Shown: one piece after another, positions 1-9,424 of the stretch
Numbering within the stretch: position 1 is the stretch's first letter
Layout: each line of letters opens with the position of its first letter
Assembly: GCA_963719505.1 (NCBI GenBank)
Contig: CAVRCF010000002.1
Location: forward strand, 352,001 to 416,000
DNA length: 64,000 bases
Direction of reading: 5' to 3'
Source: Halobacteriovoraceae bacterium
GTDB lineage: Bacteria > Bdellovibrionota > Bacteriovoracia > Bacteriovoracales > Bacteriovoracaceae
Position numbers and translations under genes: made by a program
The notes under the pieces: model-generated
Seen by the model: the letters and a program-made list of their open reading frames with translations, nothing else
What the model was told of the DNA's origin: nothing
Databases searched by the model: none

Positions 1-996
1 AACTATATGGAAGTTTCCGGCTATGCTGCAACGATAGCTGAACTAACAGGTGAAGACGTCTATTTGATTCCGCACTTTAATGAAGAGAAACATTTTTTAA
101 AGTTTGATGATGGAGTCTTGATCTATAAAGATGATCAGGGTGTCGATATTCCAATCCGTGCTGCTTTTAGATATGTGACTCAAAAGCCTTGGAATCGAAT
201 TCCCGTTGTCACAAAAACATTTATTTTCAATTCAACTCTCGTCTGTCTCTCAGGTGGACGCAATAAATTATTAGCAAATAAGGCGTATGAAATTTATAAT
301 AGTGAACTGATGGATAGTGGTCTGGAGATCATGATGCCTGAGACGATCAAAGATGTTTCTAAAATAGAAATTCCTCTTTGGGTTCAAAAATTTGGTGGAA
401 AAGCTGTCATCAAAAACCCTTACTCAAATGCTGGTCAAGGAGTCTATACTGTTACCAGTGAAAAAGAGCTTGCCGCTTTTATGGAAGAGGATCATCCTTA
501 TGATCAGTTTATCGTTCAAAGTTTAATTGGTCATTATGACTGGAGTTCTAATAGTTCTCAGGGAAAGTTTTTTCATATCGGAACCGTTCCAAATAAGAAA
601 GGAAATATCTACATAGCAGACCTTAGAGTGCTTGTTTATTCTTCACCGCAGGGATTTCTTCCCTGTGCAATATATGCAAGAAGAGCAAAGCTTCCAATGA
701 CTCCTACGATTGAATCAAACTCTTGGGAAGTTCTAGGGACAAATCTTTCTGAAAAGAAAGGAGAAAACGAGTGGACCTCCGATACAAGTAGACTCATGCT
801 AATGGATAGAAAAGATTTTAACTCTCTAGGTGTAGGGATTGATGATTTGATTGAAGCTTATATTCAGACAGTTATGACAATTATTGCAATCGATAAAATG
901 GCCACTAATCTTGTGGATAAAAACGGAGAGTTTGATCAAGAATTGTTTAAATCACTCGATAGCGATGAATCGCTCTTTAAGGAAATTTTGATATGA
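1..996 (+). CDS. ATP-grasp-fold ligase-like protein (probably 5'-truncated by the window)
   Basis: Frame is open from base 1. Motifs VIKNPYSNAGQGV, FIVQSL and DLRVLV resemble ATP-grasp ATP-binding elements. Confidence 0.6.
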   Translation, partial: NYMEVSGYAATIAELTGEDVYLIPHFNEEKHFLKFDDGVLIYKDDQGVDIPIRAAFRYVTQKPWNRIPVVTKTFIFNSTLVCLSGGRNKLLANKAYEIYNSELMDSGLEIMMPETIKDVSKIEIPLWVQKFGGKAVIKNPYSNAGQGVYTVTSEKELAAFMEEDHPYDQFIVQSLIGHYDWSSNSSQGKFFHIGTVPNKKGNIYIADLRVLVYSSPQGFLPCAIYARRAKLPMTPTIESNSWEVLGTNLSEKKGENEWTSDTSRLMLMDRKDFNSLGVGIDDLIEAYIQTVMTIIAIDKMATNLVDKNGEFDQELFKSLDSDESLFKEILI

Positions 997-2012
997 GTAA
1001 AGTTTTAACGATTAAAACAAAAGAAGAGCTGAGTATCGAGTCACTTGGAGCAGCAGAAGTTCATAGGATCCATCTTCATCTTTCTGATAATGCCCTTGGT
1101 GTGCCTTGGCGTCTTCCTTTAATTATTATTAAAGGAGCAAGTGAAGGTCCTACCGTTGGTATTACAGCGGCTCTTCATGGAAATGAACTGAACGGAATTT
1201 CTACTATCTTTAAACTGATTGAACTCGTTGACCCTACAAAGCTCAAAGGAAATTTAATTCTAGTTCCTATCACAAATGTCCCGGGTTACTTGATGGATCA
1301 AAGAAAATTTTCAGATGAAGTTGATCTAAATCGTATCATGCCAGGAAAGCCAGTGGGGTCGGCCAGTCAGATATATTGCCACAATCTTGTCACAAAAATT
1401 ATAGGGAAGTTTGACTACCTTCTTGATCTGCATACTGCAAGTCCAGGTAGAGTAAACAGTCTTTATATTCGAGCAGATATTGAATCTGAGGTCACAAGAA
1501 ACTTGGCCTACCTTCAGAATCCTCAAATTATCGTGAAGAAATTTGATGAGGAAGGGACGTTGAGATCTTGGGCGAATGACAATGGGATTCCCTCTATTAC
1601 AATTGAGATCGGTAATCCAAACGCCTTTCAACATAGTCTTATCGATGAAACTCTTGAGGGCATCATGAATACACTTTATTACCTTGAGATGCTTGAAGGA
1701 GAGGTCAAGGACATGGTAACTGAACATGCCATTGTTTGTGACAGCTCTTACTGGATCTATTCAAAGAAGGGTGGCATTATTGATGTTATGCCAAAGCTTG
1801 CTGATGAGGTGAAAGAGGGGCAAATCATTGCAAAGATTTTCGATGTTTTTGGTCAAATTAAAGAACTTGTGAAAGCGGATAGATCGGGGATCGTCATCGG
1901 TAAAAATGTTAATCCAAGGTGCGATGCTGGGACGAGAGTTCTTCATTTGGGGGTAAGTATCTTCGAGCCTGAAACAGAAGATATTCCAGGCCATGAAGAC
2001 TTTGAAGACTAG
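993..2012 (+). CDS. Succinylglutamate desuccinylase/aspartoacylase family (M14-like) Zn hydrolase
   Basis: Motifs ALHGNELNG, DLNR, LDLHT and ITIEIG, plus a C-terminal barrel-sandwich-like region. Overlaps the upstream stop (ATGA). Confidence 0.88.
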   Translation: MSKVLTIKTKEELSIESLGAAEVHRIHLHLSDNALGVPWRLPLIIIKGASEGPTVGITAALHGNELNGISTIFKLIELVDPTKLKGNLILVPITNVPGYLMDQRKFSDEVDLNRIMPGKPVGSASQIYCHNLVTKIIGKFDYLLDLHTASPGRVNSLYIRADIESEVTRNLAYLQNPQIIVKKFDEEGTLRSWANDNGIPSITIEIGNPNAFQHSLIDETLEGIMNTLYYLEMLEGEVKDMVTEHAIVCDSSYWIYSKKGGIIDVMPKLADEVKEGQIIAKIFDVFGQIKELVKADRSGIVIGKNVNPRCDAGTRVLHLGVSIFEPETEDIPGHEDFED

Positions 2013-2013
2013 T

Positions 2014-2547
2014 TTACAAAATGAGGTCGATAGCACCGTTAATAATTGGTGCAATCTCTGCTCTTGAATATAACGTTATTAAAGGCATAGATCGACCAGC
2101 AACATAAAGCTTCTCAAATGAAAGCTCCGGGTTGTAGATCTGATCATTTTCTGAGGGCCTTGTAATAAAAAAGTTAAACGTTAATCTATTTTTATCAATA
2201 TCACTCATTCTCAACCCGAGTTCCTGAGCTAAGGCTTGTCTGTCAATCTTTGTATCAAGATCAATTGTTACAAGTTTTGCGTGACATTTATTTATAGCAA
2301 GGTCAATATTCCCTTCGTACTTTCCATTTGTAAGAGTAATATACTTTTAAAAAAACTTGGGTGAACGATCTGAAAAAATGTCACCTGAGAATGTTGTACA
2401 AACTCTTGATGTGGATGTTGATTTATAAACTAACGATACTTTTGTATAAGTTAAAAACGATACTTTGCTAGATAAATCTAATTTTAGATCTACTGAACTT
2501 GCCAACGCTGATACGCTTAGCAATAGGGTTGTAAGAATTATTTTCAT
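2014..2547 (-). CDS. Secreted hypothetical protein with a +1 frameshift in the A7 run at 2349-2355 (likely sequencing error)
   Basis: RBS AAAGGAG, then signal peptide MKIILTTLLLSVSALA. Removing one base from the run joins ORF 2347..2580 to 2014..2214 with no stop. Confidence 0.7.
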
Positions 2548-2735
2548 GATGATCTCCTTTTTATAAGTACTTATCATCACCGTTTCAAAAAACGCTGTTC
2601 AGACTGTAAAAAGTTCATAGGTAACCAAAAAAAATTAAGAGAAAAGTGAGGAAAGATAGAGTTAGGGAATATGATGTTGGGTGAGGCATTATGGGTTTCG
2701 ATTCAATAATTCCACTCCATTCCCTCGTAGCTTTT

Positions 2736-2783
2736 AAAAAAAGTCACCGGAAGAAAAAGCAGTAGCGATCTTCCAGTGACTTT
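2736..2783 (-). terminator. Rho-independent terminator of the 2804..3772 gene
   Basis: Stem AAAGTCACTGGAAGA...TCTTCCGGTGACTTT followed by a U run on the minus strand. Confidence 0.75.
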
Positions 2784-2803
2784 ATAATGACTTTTTTTAA
2801 CCT

Positions 2804-3772
2804 TTAAACAACAGTAATTCTTGCTGCTTGGCTTCCTGCTCTTCCGACAAAACCAGAAAGGATCAGTCCCATTAAAAGAACGCCAAATAAGACGGCTAAT
2901 GTTGTCGCGATATCATTTTTAATCATATCAGCTTCCTGAACAATTTCCTCTTGAGCTTGTTGTACTTCGTTTCTCAGTCTTGGGATTGTTGTATCTAGTC
3001 TTTGAGAAATTTCATTTATTTCTCTCTCCCAATTTTTTGCCATGCGGTTGACCTGACTTTCAGACAGATCAGAATTTTTTTCAATAATATTTTTTATCTT
3101 ATCTTCAGTTGCCAAGTTAGCTAGTCTGTCTTTAGAAGATTGTAATTGCATTTGAATTCTTTCTAATCCTCTTTCTACTCTGTTGGGATTAATTGCGGCA
3201 GCAATAACAACATCTCTAACAGTCGCTTTAATTTGAACGTACTCACTTCTCACGGCCTCTTTAACCTCAGGAGCTGCTATCTGCTCAATTGAGTTTTCAA
3301 TTTGTCGGTAGCTCAAATCATCCATTCCGATTTGAACATCAAGGTTTTGAAAAGCTGAATAATTTGCTGGAACTAATGAAGCCACTGCGTTGGCTGATTT
3401 TGATGCCATAAAGCTTATTCCATTTGCTATCGAGCTAACAGTAAGAAGAGAAATAATTGACCAAACAACTAATCCACTTGCTACTCCAGAGAAAGATGTC
3501 ACGCTTCCAGATAGCCTTGCAGCTGTATAGGCCCCAACTCCAACGGCGATTGAATAGGATGCGAAAAGCCAAATACCTGTGCTCCAAGTACTCGCTGTAA
3601 GACTAATTCCATTCTCAAAGTCCATAACGGCAATACCCACTACACTTGAGAGAAGAGTAAAGAGAAAGAAAAGCGCGAAAGCGATAAGCGTTCCACCCGC
3701 GATGGCCCCCCATGATATATGAGGCAAGATTAGATTTGACTGTGATTCATTGACGTTGATTTGTGATGACAT
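2804..3772 (-). CDS. Membrane protein (YrzE-like N-terminal TM bundle, helical soluble domain, C-terminal TM)
   Basis: ISWGAIAGG motif, three N-terminal TM segments and one C-terminal TM segment. RBS AAAGGAG. Confidence 0.65.
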   Translation of the reverse strand: MSSQINVNESQSNLILPHISWGAIAGGTLIAFALFFLFTLLSSVVGIAVMDFENGISLTASTWSTGIWLFASYSIAVGVGAYTAARLSGSVTSFSGVASGLVVWSIISLLTVSSIANGISFMASKSANAVASLVPANYSAFQNLDVQIGMDDLSYRQIENSIEQIAAPEVKEAVRSEYVQIKATVRDVVIAAAINPNRVERGLERIQMQLQSSKDRLANLATEDKIKNIIEKNSDLSESQVNRMAKNWEREINEISQRLDTTIPRLRNEVQQAQEEIVQEADMIKNDIATTLAVLFGVLLMGLILSGFVGRAGSQAARITVV

Positions 3773-3963
3773 TTGTTTCTCCTTTTTCTTAAGTTATAGT
3801 CAATCGAAATTGTAAGGGCTTCACAGACTGAAGTATTTAATGGAAGTTATATAGTTCTTGTTCAAATATACACATGAGACCTTTTTGAGGCTTTGAGGTG
3901 CAGTGTCCTTAAATGCGCTTAATTCCAGATGACAGTAAAGGCTTATTTTGCTAAGGTCGCGCT

Positions 3964-4239
3964 ATGAAGCTTTTTCTGTCCTCTTTATTCATTTTATTAT
4001 GTGTTACAACATCTTTAGGGAGTAAAGCTCATTTTCATGATCACGATTCAATAGAGGTTGAATGCCTCGATTGTCTTTTATCAGCAAGCCATAGTGCTTC
4101 TGATGCTTTAGAGTCACAACCAACAGCTGTTATCGATTCTGTAGTGCTCTACAGTACTGTCTTTACTGCTTTGCCAGTTTCTAGATATCTTTTTGATCCT
4201 TCTCTTTATAGGTACTCTCGAGGACCTCCCATTTCTTAA
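3964..4239 (+). CDS. DUF2946/CruR-like leader peptide (signal/TM, His cluster, CxxC, C-terminal RGPP)
   Basis: HFHDHD...CLDC...SRGPPIS, directly upstream of metal-uptake genes. Confidence 0.75.
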   Translation: MKLFLSSLFILLCVTTSLGSKAHFHDHDSIEVECLDCLLSASHSASDALESQPTAVIDSVVLYSTVFTALPVSRYLFDPSLYRYSRGPPIS

Positions 4240-4301
4240 ATTTAAATACGTTTTTTTACCTTTAAATTTAAAATCCCAAAATTGGGGAAGAGGAGCTCAC
4301 T

Positions 4302-5399
4302 GTGAGATCATTTTATATCATTATTATTTTAGTCGTTTGTTCAAAGCTGTATGGGCAAAGCACCATGATCCAAAATAGAGGAAGTCAGTTTAATCCCGCA
4401 ACAGGATTAAATGCGACAATGCTTATGCGAAAATCAGAAAACGATACCGAGCACGATGGCTTTATGCTCCAAGGGGTGGAGTTACAATTCAACTCTGATG
4501 TCGATGCCTACTTTAGGGCCCAAGTGGTTATTGGTGTTCATCCAGAGATTCATGAACATCATGACGAAGAAGAAGAAGAAGAACATGAAGAAGAAGAAGG
4601 TCATAACCAATACGAGATTCACCCCGAAGAGGCTTATGTCGAGACGATTGCAATTCCTTCGGTAACTCTAAAAGCGGGAAAGTTCCTTTCTCAATTTGGA
4701 AAGTATAATGCCATCCATCTTCACGCACTTCCCTTTGTTTATAGAGGAGTGGTTCAAAAAGAAGTTTTTGGAGGTGAGGGCTTTACGGCGCCAGGTGTCT
4801 CAGCTTCTTTTCTCTTACCAATAGGCTGGTATAGCGAGTTATCTCTAGAGGCGATGCAGTCTGACAATGAGACTTTATTTGTAAAATCATCTAATGCCAC
4901 AGTTTACGTCGCTAAAATGAAAAACCTATGGGACTTAAACGACGAGACCACAATTGAGTGGGGTCTGTCTGGACTCAATTACGAAAGAGCAAGTTTTGGA
5001 GATAATGAAAAAGAGACCTCCAAACTTTTAGGAACCGATCTGACAATTAAATGGCGTCCTACCCAAAATGGAAGAAGCTCTTCTGCAATGTGGTCAACAG
5101 AATTTATTCAAAAGCAAAGGTCTGGAACAGTTAATTCTGAAAATGGTGGAATCACATCATTTATTAGGTATCAAATCAAACAAAGATGGTTCACCCAAGC
5201 CCAATATGAATTTTATGGAATTAATAAATCTGATGATGAGGAAAGTATACAGGCTTACACAGGGCTTATTGGATACATTCCCAGTGAGTTTTCGGCCATT
5301 AGATTACAGTTCGATAAAATAAGTTCACACGAAGATGACTCGAGAATATCTCTTCAGTTTAATATGAGTATTGGTGCCCATCCTGCACATAATTATTAA
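4302..5399 (+). CDS. Outer-membrane beta-barrel metal-uptake protein with a His/Glu-rich loop
   Basis: Signal peptide, EIHEHHDEEEEEEHEEEEGH loop, EEAY and KAGKF...FGKYN..H.H motifs, C-terminal GAHPAH.Y. GTG start after GAGGAG. Confidence 0.75.
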   Translation: MRSFYIIIILVVCSKLYGQSTMIQNRGSQFNPATGLNATMLMRKSENDTEHDGFMLQGVELQFNSDVDAYFRAQVVIGVHPEIHEHHDEEEEEEHEEEEGHNQYEIHPEEAYVETIAIPSVTLKAGKFLSQFGKYNAIHLHALPFVYRGVVQKEVFGGEGFTAPGVSASFLLPIGWYSELSLEAMQSDNETLFVKSSNATVYVAKMKNLWDLNDETTIEWGLSGLNYERASFGDNEKETSKLLGTDLTIKWRPTQNGRSSSAMWSTEFIQKQRSGTVNSENGGITSFIRYQIKQRWFTQAQYEFYGINKSDDEESIQAYTGLIGYIPSEFSAIRLQFDKISSHEDDSRISLQFNMSIGAHPAHNY

Positions 5400-5409
5400 G
5401 GGGGAGAGA

Positions 5410-6282
5410 ATGAAAATTTTATTGTTTCTCATCACACTAAACTGCTTTGCAACCTTAAAAGTCGTGACAACAACTTCAAATCTTAAAGCGCTCACTAAGA
5501 CAATTGGTGGAGATAAGGTTGAGGTTCTGGGGCTTTGTAAAGGGGCTCAGGACCCTCACTTCTTAGAAGCAAAACCTAGCTATATTTTTAAACTATCCAA
5601 AGCTGATCTGTTGGTCAGTGTTGGCGCTGACTTAGAGATAGGGTGGCTTCCTCTTATTATCCAAGGCAGTAGGCAGCCTAAATTGAGAGTTGGGCAAAAA
5701 AATCATTTAGTCGCAGCTAATTCCGTAGAGCTTCTTGAGAAGATTGAGGGAAGAGTCTCAAGGGCGCAAGGTGATGTTCATCCCAATGGAAATCCTCACT
5801 TTATGCTCTCTCCTATGGAGTCAATTAACGTGGGAGAGGCTTTGGCGAATAAGCTCTCAACTGTCGATCCCCAAAATGCAACATTTTATAAAGAGAACCT
5901 TGAAGCTTATAGACAATCGATTCTAAAGAAGATGATTGAGTGGAAAAAAAGGGTTCCTAAAAACCAAAAGGTGGTCACTTATCATAGAACGCTATCTTAC
6001 TTTTATAGGGACTTTGAGATAGAGAATATTGATGTTCTTGAGCCAAAGCCTGGTGTTCCACCAAGTGCCTCTCATATTATGAACCTCATAAAGAAAATGA
6101 AAAAAATGAAGACGAATATTATCATTGTAGAAAACTACTTTAACGATGCAGTCGCGAAGAGAATTCAAAGAGAAATACCTAATATCAAAGTTAGGACTGT
6201 TCCTGTAGCCGTGCAAGGCACAGAAGGTATAGAGAACCTTATTGATCTTTACTCATTCTTAGTTAAAAGCGTGGAGAATTAA
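5410..6282 (+). CDS. Zn/Mn ABC transporter substrate-binding protein (TroA/ZnuA family)
   Basis: Motifs QDPHF, GNPH and TYH, plus KPGVPPS. ATG at 5410 follows GGGGAG. Confidence 0.9.
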   Translation: MKILLFLITLNCFATLKVVTTTSNLKALTKTIGGDKVEVLGLCKGAQDPHFLEAKPSYIFKLSKADLLVSVGADLEIGWLPLIIQGSRQPKLRVGQKNHLVAANSVELLEKIEGRVSRAQGDVHPNGNPHFMLSPMESINVGEALANKLSTVDPQNATFYKENLEAYRQSILKKMIEWKKRVPKNQKVVTYHRTLSYFYRDFEIENIDVLEPKPGVPPSASHIMNLIKKMKKMKTNIIIVENYFNDAVAKRIQREIPNIKVRTVPVAVQGTEGIENLIDLYSFLVKSVEN

Positions 6283-6283
6283 A

Positions 6284-7090
6284 ATGGAAGTCATAAACTT
6301 TCTTCTTGCTCCCTTTTTAATGTGTCTCGTTTTAGTTGGAATTCACTGCTACTTAGGTTTACACGTCTTAAGAAGAGAGGTGATCTTTATTGATCTCTCT
6401 TTAGCTCAAGTGGCAAGCCTTGGAAGTACAGTTGCTCTTTTATTTCATGTTGAGCATCACTCCAGTGGATCCTATTTTCTCTCACTTGGATTTACACTTT
6501 TAGCTGCGCTCTACTTTGCTTGGGCGAAAAAATTTGAGAAGAAAATTTCTCAAGAGGTTTTAATCGCTCTCGTTTATGCTTTTTCATCGGCAGCAGTTGT
6601 CCTTGTGGTCAATATGCTCGCCCACGGAGCTGAACATATTAAAGAAATACTCGTTGGTAAGATTCTTTGGGTTAGTCTTGACGAGGTTAAAGAGACCGCA
6701 CTTATCTATCTAGGCGTCGCTATTGTTCATTACCTTTTTAGAAAGCAGATGTTTAAAGCGACCAACGGTGAAGTTGAGAATCATAAGTTTTGGTGGGATT
6801 TTTTGTTCTATGCCCTTTTTGGAGTGGTTATAACTTCTTCGGTAGGCATTGCTGGAATTCTTCTTGTCTTCTCTTTTCTTGTTGTTCCGGCGTTGATTAG
6901 TATGCAGTTGGTGAAGAGTATCAAAAGCCAGCTTCTTTTGGGTTGGCTAATAGGCAGTCTCTTGTCTTTGGTGGGAATGTTCTTGAGCTATCGTTATGAT
7001 TTACCCTCAGGGGCCATCATCGTCGTGGTTTTCACCTTGGTGCCTTTAGTTGGGTTGATTTTAATGGGGATGATAAAGTTGAGAAAATGA
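6284..7090 (+). CDS. Metal ABC transporter permease (ABC-3/ZnuB family)
   Basis: Multiple TM segments, GILLVFSFLVVPA and DLPSGAIIV. Confidence 0.88.
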   Translation: MEVINFLLAPFLMCLVLVGIHCYLGLHVLRREVIFIDLSLAQVASLGSTVALLFHVEHHSSGSYFLSLGFTLLAALYFAWAKKFEKKISQEVLIALVYAFSSAAVVLVVNMLAHGAEHIKEILVGKILWVSLDEVKETALIYLGVAIVHYLFRKQMFKATNGEVENHKFWWDFLFYALFGVVITSSVGIAGILLVFSFLVVPALISMQLVKSIKSQLLLGWLIGSLLSLVGMFLSYRYDLPSGAIIVVVFTLVPLVGLILMGMIKLRK

Positions 7091-7240
7091 TCGAAACTTT
7101 AAATGTTGAATGTTCAACCGAGGTTGAATCTTTATGACAAAATTTCCTTTAGCTTTTTCTTCAAAAACCATCGTTCTTTTTTTGTCACGAATCTTCATTT
7201 TGAAGTTTCGATCATTTCCTATACCTAGGATATAGGAAAT
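7085..7240. other. Long structured intergenic element (15-bp inverted repeat enclosing internal hairpins, plus an adjacent 10-bp hairpin)
   Basis: AAATGATCGAAACTT (7085-7099) pairs with AAGTTTCGATCATTT (7203-7217). Inner pairs are TTCAACC/GGTTGAA and TGACAAAA/TTTTGTCA. ATTTCCTATA/TATAGGAAAT spans 7214-7240. Confidence 0.7.
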
Positions 7241-7294
7241 TTAGATTTTTATCTTCTAAGACTTTATAAGCTTAGGTAAACAAATGAATACAAT

Positions 7295-9376
7295 TTAAGA
7301 GTTTGTATTAAAATCAATCTGAACTTGCTTAAAACGTCCGTCTCCAACAGATGTACTTTTAAAATCACCCTCTTTTTCTACGTATTGATGAATGATTCTT
7401 CTCTCTGCTGGATTGAGTTTTTTCGTTAGCACAGCTGCTTTTTTCTCTTTCACTTCGCTTATCACAGTCTGAGCGATTTTATGAAGTTGAGCTTCCATAT
7501 TTGGGTTTTTCTCTCTTCTATTATTTGTTGGACGTTTACGGTCAGATTTTGGTTTGTCACCATCTTCTGTTCTCCAAGAGATTCTTGTGTTGCTGGCCAT
7601 CGAAACTTTATTGCGAAGATACTGCATTGATACTTCTTTGATCGCGTTGTGAAGAGCAAACTTTCCTTTGGCCAACTCTTTAGCATCTGTTCCCGAGAAG
7701 GTTACCGAAACATTTGGTTCTCTATAGCTCACATCAACAAAGACTCTCAGGTCCATTTTCTTAAAAAGATTTATAAGAAAAGGAAGAAGAATTTTTCTGT
7801 AGATGGGTTGAACTTTAAATTTGTACTGAGTCTTGCTAGGTCCAAAGATAATGAATTTCTTTTTCCCTTTGCCAACAACTTCGTGCTCAAGAATTGATTC
7901 TTCATTAATATAAAAGTATTCAAGAGCTTTCTCTTTTGCTTCTTCTAAGGAATAAGTCGAAACATTGAAAAATCTTTCATAGATCTTAACTTCTTTCGCT
8001 GGAGAATCTTCTCTTTTTGCTTTGGTTTTCGTTTTTTCAGTTCTAGGTTTTTTATCCATACTTTTTTCTCTCGCTTTATCGTTTGTCTTTTTATTCTCAT
8101 AAGGTTTGAGAGTTTTACTATCTATTCTTGGACGTTTTACAATATCAGTTGCAAAGTCTTCATCTTCTATATCTGCTTTTGGTATTTGCATACCGATGTA
8201 CTGGGTAATGGCTTCAAAGTTTTCTGAGTCATCATAACCACAAAAACCGACAGCTAGTCCCGACTTTCCAGCACGCCCTGTTCGCCCGATTCTGTGGACA
8301 TAGTTTGGTGCCTCATGCGGCATGTCCCAGTTGACGACCAAGTTAACATCTTTAATATCTAGGCCTCTCGCTGCAACATCAGTACAGACAAGAATATTTA
8401 TTTTTTTATCTCTAAAGTCTTGAAGAAGACGAGTTCTTTTACTTTGAGGAAGTCGTCCAGAGATTGGCTCGACTTTAAAGTCCATCTGTCCCAACCAAAT
8501 CGCAACAAGTGAAGTCATATACTGAGTATTACAGAAAATAATAGCGTAGTTGTCTTCATTTTTACGAAGAAGGTTAACCAAATAGGGCATCTTTTCTTCT
8601 TCACTTATCATCGCCACTTTTTGATTGATATTATCCACTGTCAAACTGTCTTCATTGAGTTTGACTTCCTCTGGAAGAGAGCCAAACTTATAAGCCGTTC
8701 TAAAAATTTCTTGATTATTTGTCGCCGAAACCATGATGAGTTGTCGTGACTCTTTTACTGATCTAAGAACAAATTCATTGTCTTTATTAAAGCCCATCTC
8801 AAAGAGTCGATCCGCTTCATCAAAGATGACGCAATTACAGTTTTTCGCTTTTATAACTTTTTGTTTGATGAGGTCACATATTCGCCCTGGAGTTCCAACG
8901 ATAATGCGGGCCCCTTTTTCGATAAATTCTTTTTGTTTTTCTGCACTCTCTCCACCGATGACACTAACAGAGTGAATACCTAGAGGTTCACCAAAGTCTG
9001 AAAAGACTTTGTGAGTTTGCTGTGCAAGTTCACGTGTAGGACTTAAGACAATATAAATATCGTCATTATTTTTCCTAAGAATTTGTTCAAGAACTGGAAT
9101 TGCAAAGGCTCCCGTTTTCCCACTACCTGTTTCTGCTTGTGCAAAAATATCTTTATCAGCAAGAATAATAGGTATGGTTAATTCTTGAATAGGAGAGGCG
9201 TTTTCAAAACCTAATGCTTTTAGGCTTCCAATAAGTTTTTCGTTTAAGTTAAATTCAGTAAAGGCTGCTGATGTTTCGATAGTTCTCTCGTTTGTGTTAA
9301 TTATTAAAGGGTTACAGTAGCAAAAACTGAGTGATTTAGACAATGTTTTCTTCCATTGATTTTTGCTTCGCAACAT
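7295..9376 (-). CDS. DEAD-box RNA helicase fused to C-terminal Jag_N/KH-like/R3H (KhpB/EloR-like) domains; start uncertain
   Basis: Q motif, AETGSGKT, PTRELAQQ, DEAD, SAT, ARGLD and HRIGRTGR. The C-terminus has SLEEAKEKAL...EVVGKGKKKFIIFG (Jag_N-like) and LNPAERRIIH...STSVGDG (R3H). Confidence 0.85.
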   Translation of the reverse strand: MLRSKNQWKKTLSKSLSFCYCNPLIINTNERTIETSAAFTEFNLNEKLIGSLKALGFENASPIQELTIPIILADKDIFAQAETGSGKTGAFAIPVLEQILRKNNDDIYIVLSPTRELAQQTHKVFSDFGEPLGIHSVSVIGGESAEKQKEFIEKGARIIVGTPGRICDLIKQKVIKAKNCNCVIFDEADRLFEMGFNKDNEFVLRSVKESRQLIMVSATNNQEIFRTAYKFGSLPEEVKLNEDSLTVDNINQKVAMISEEEKMPYLVNLLRKNEDNYAIIFCNTQYMTSLVAIWLGQMDFKVEPISGRLPQSKRTRLLQDFRDKKINILVCTDVAARGLDIKDVNLVVNWDMPHEAPNYVHRIGRTGRAGKSGLAVGFCGYDDSENFEAITQYIGMQIPKADIEDEDFATDIVKRPRIDSKTLKPYENKKTNDKAREKSMDKKPRTEKTKTKAKREDSPAKEVKIYERFFNVSTYSLEEAKEKALEYFYINEESILEHEVVGKGKKKFIIFGPSKTQYKFKVQPIYRKILLPFLINLFKKMDLRVFVDVSYREPNVSVTFSGTDAKELAKGKFALHNAIKEVSMQYLRNKVSMASNTRISWRTEDGDKPKSDRKRPTNNRREKNPNMEAQLHKIAQTVISEVKEKKAAVLTKKLNPAERRIIHQYVEKEGDFKSTSVGDGRFKQVQIDFNTNS

Positions 9377-9424
9377 CTAACCTTTGGACTAATCAAAGCG
9401 TACTTTTAAAGCTATTCTCAATGA

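Noticed and set aside
4553-4605. GAA-rich microsatellite
   Set aside because: It encodes the His/Glu-rich loop of the metal-uptake barrel and is in frame, so it is not a separate repeat element.
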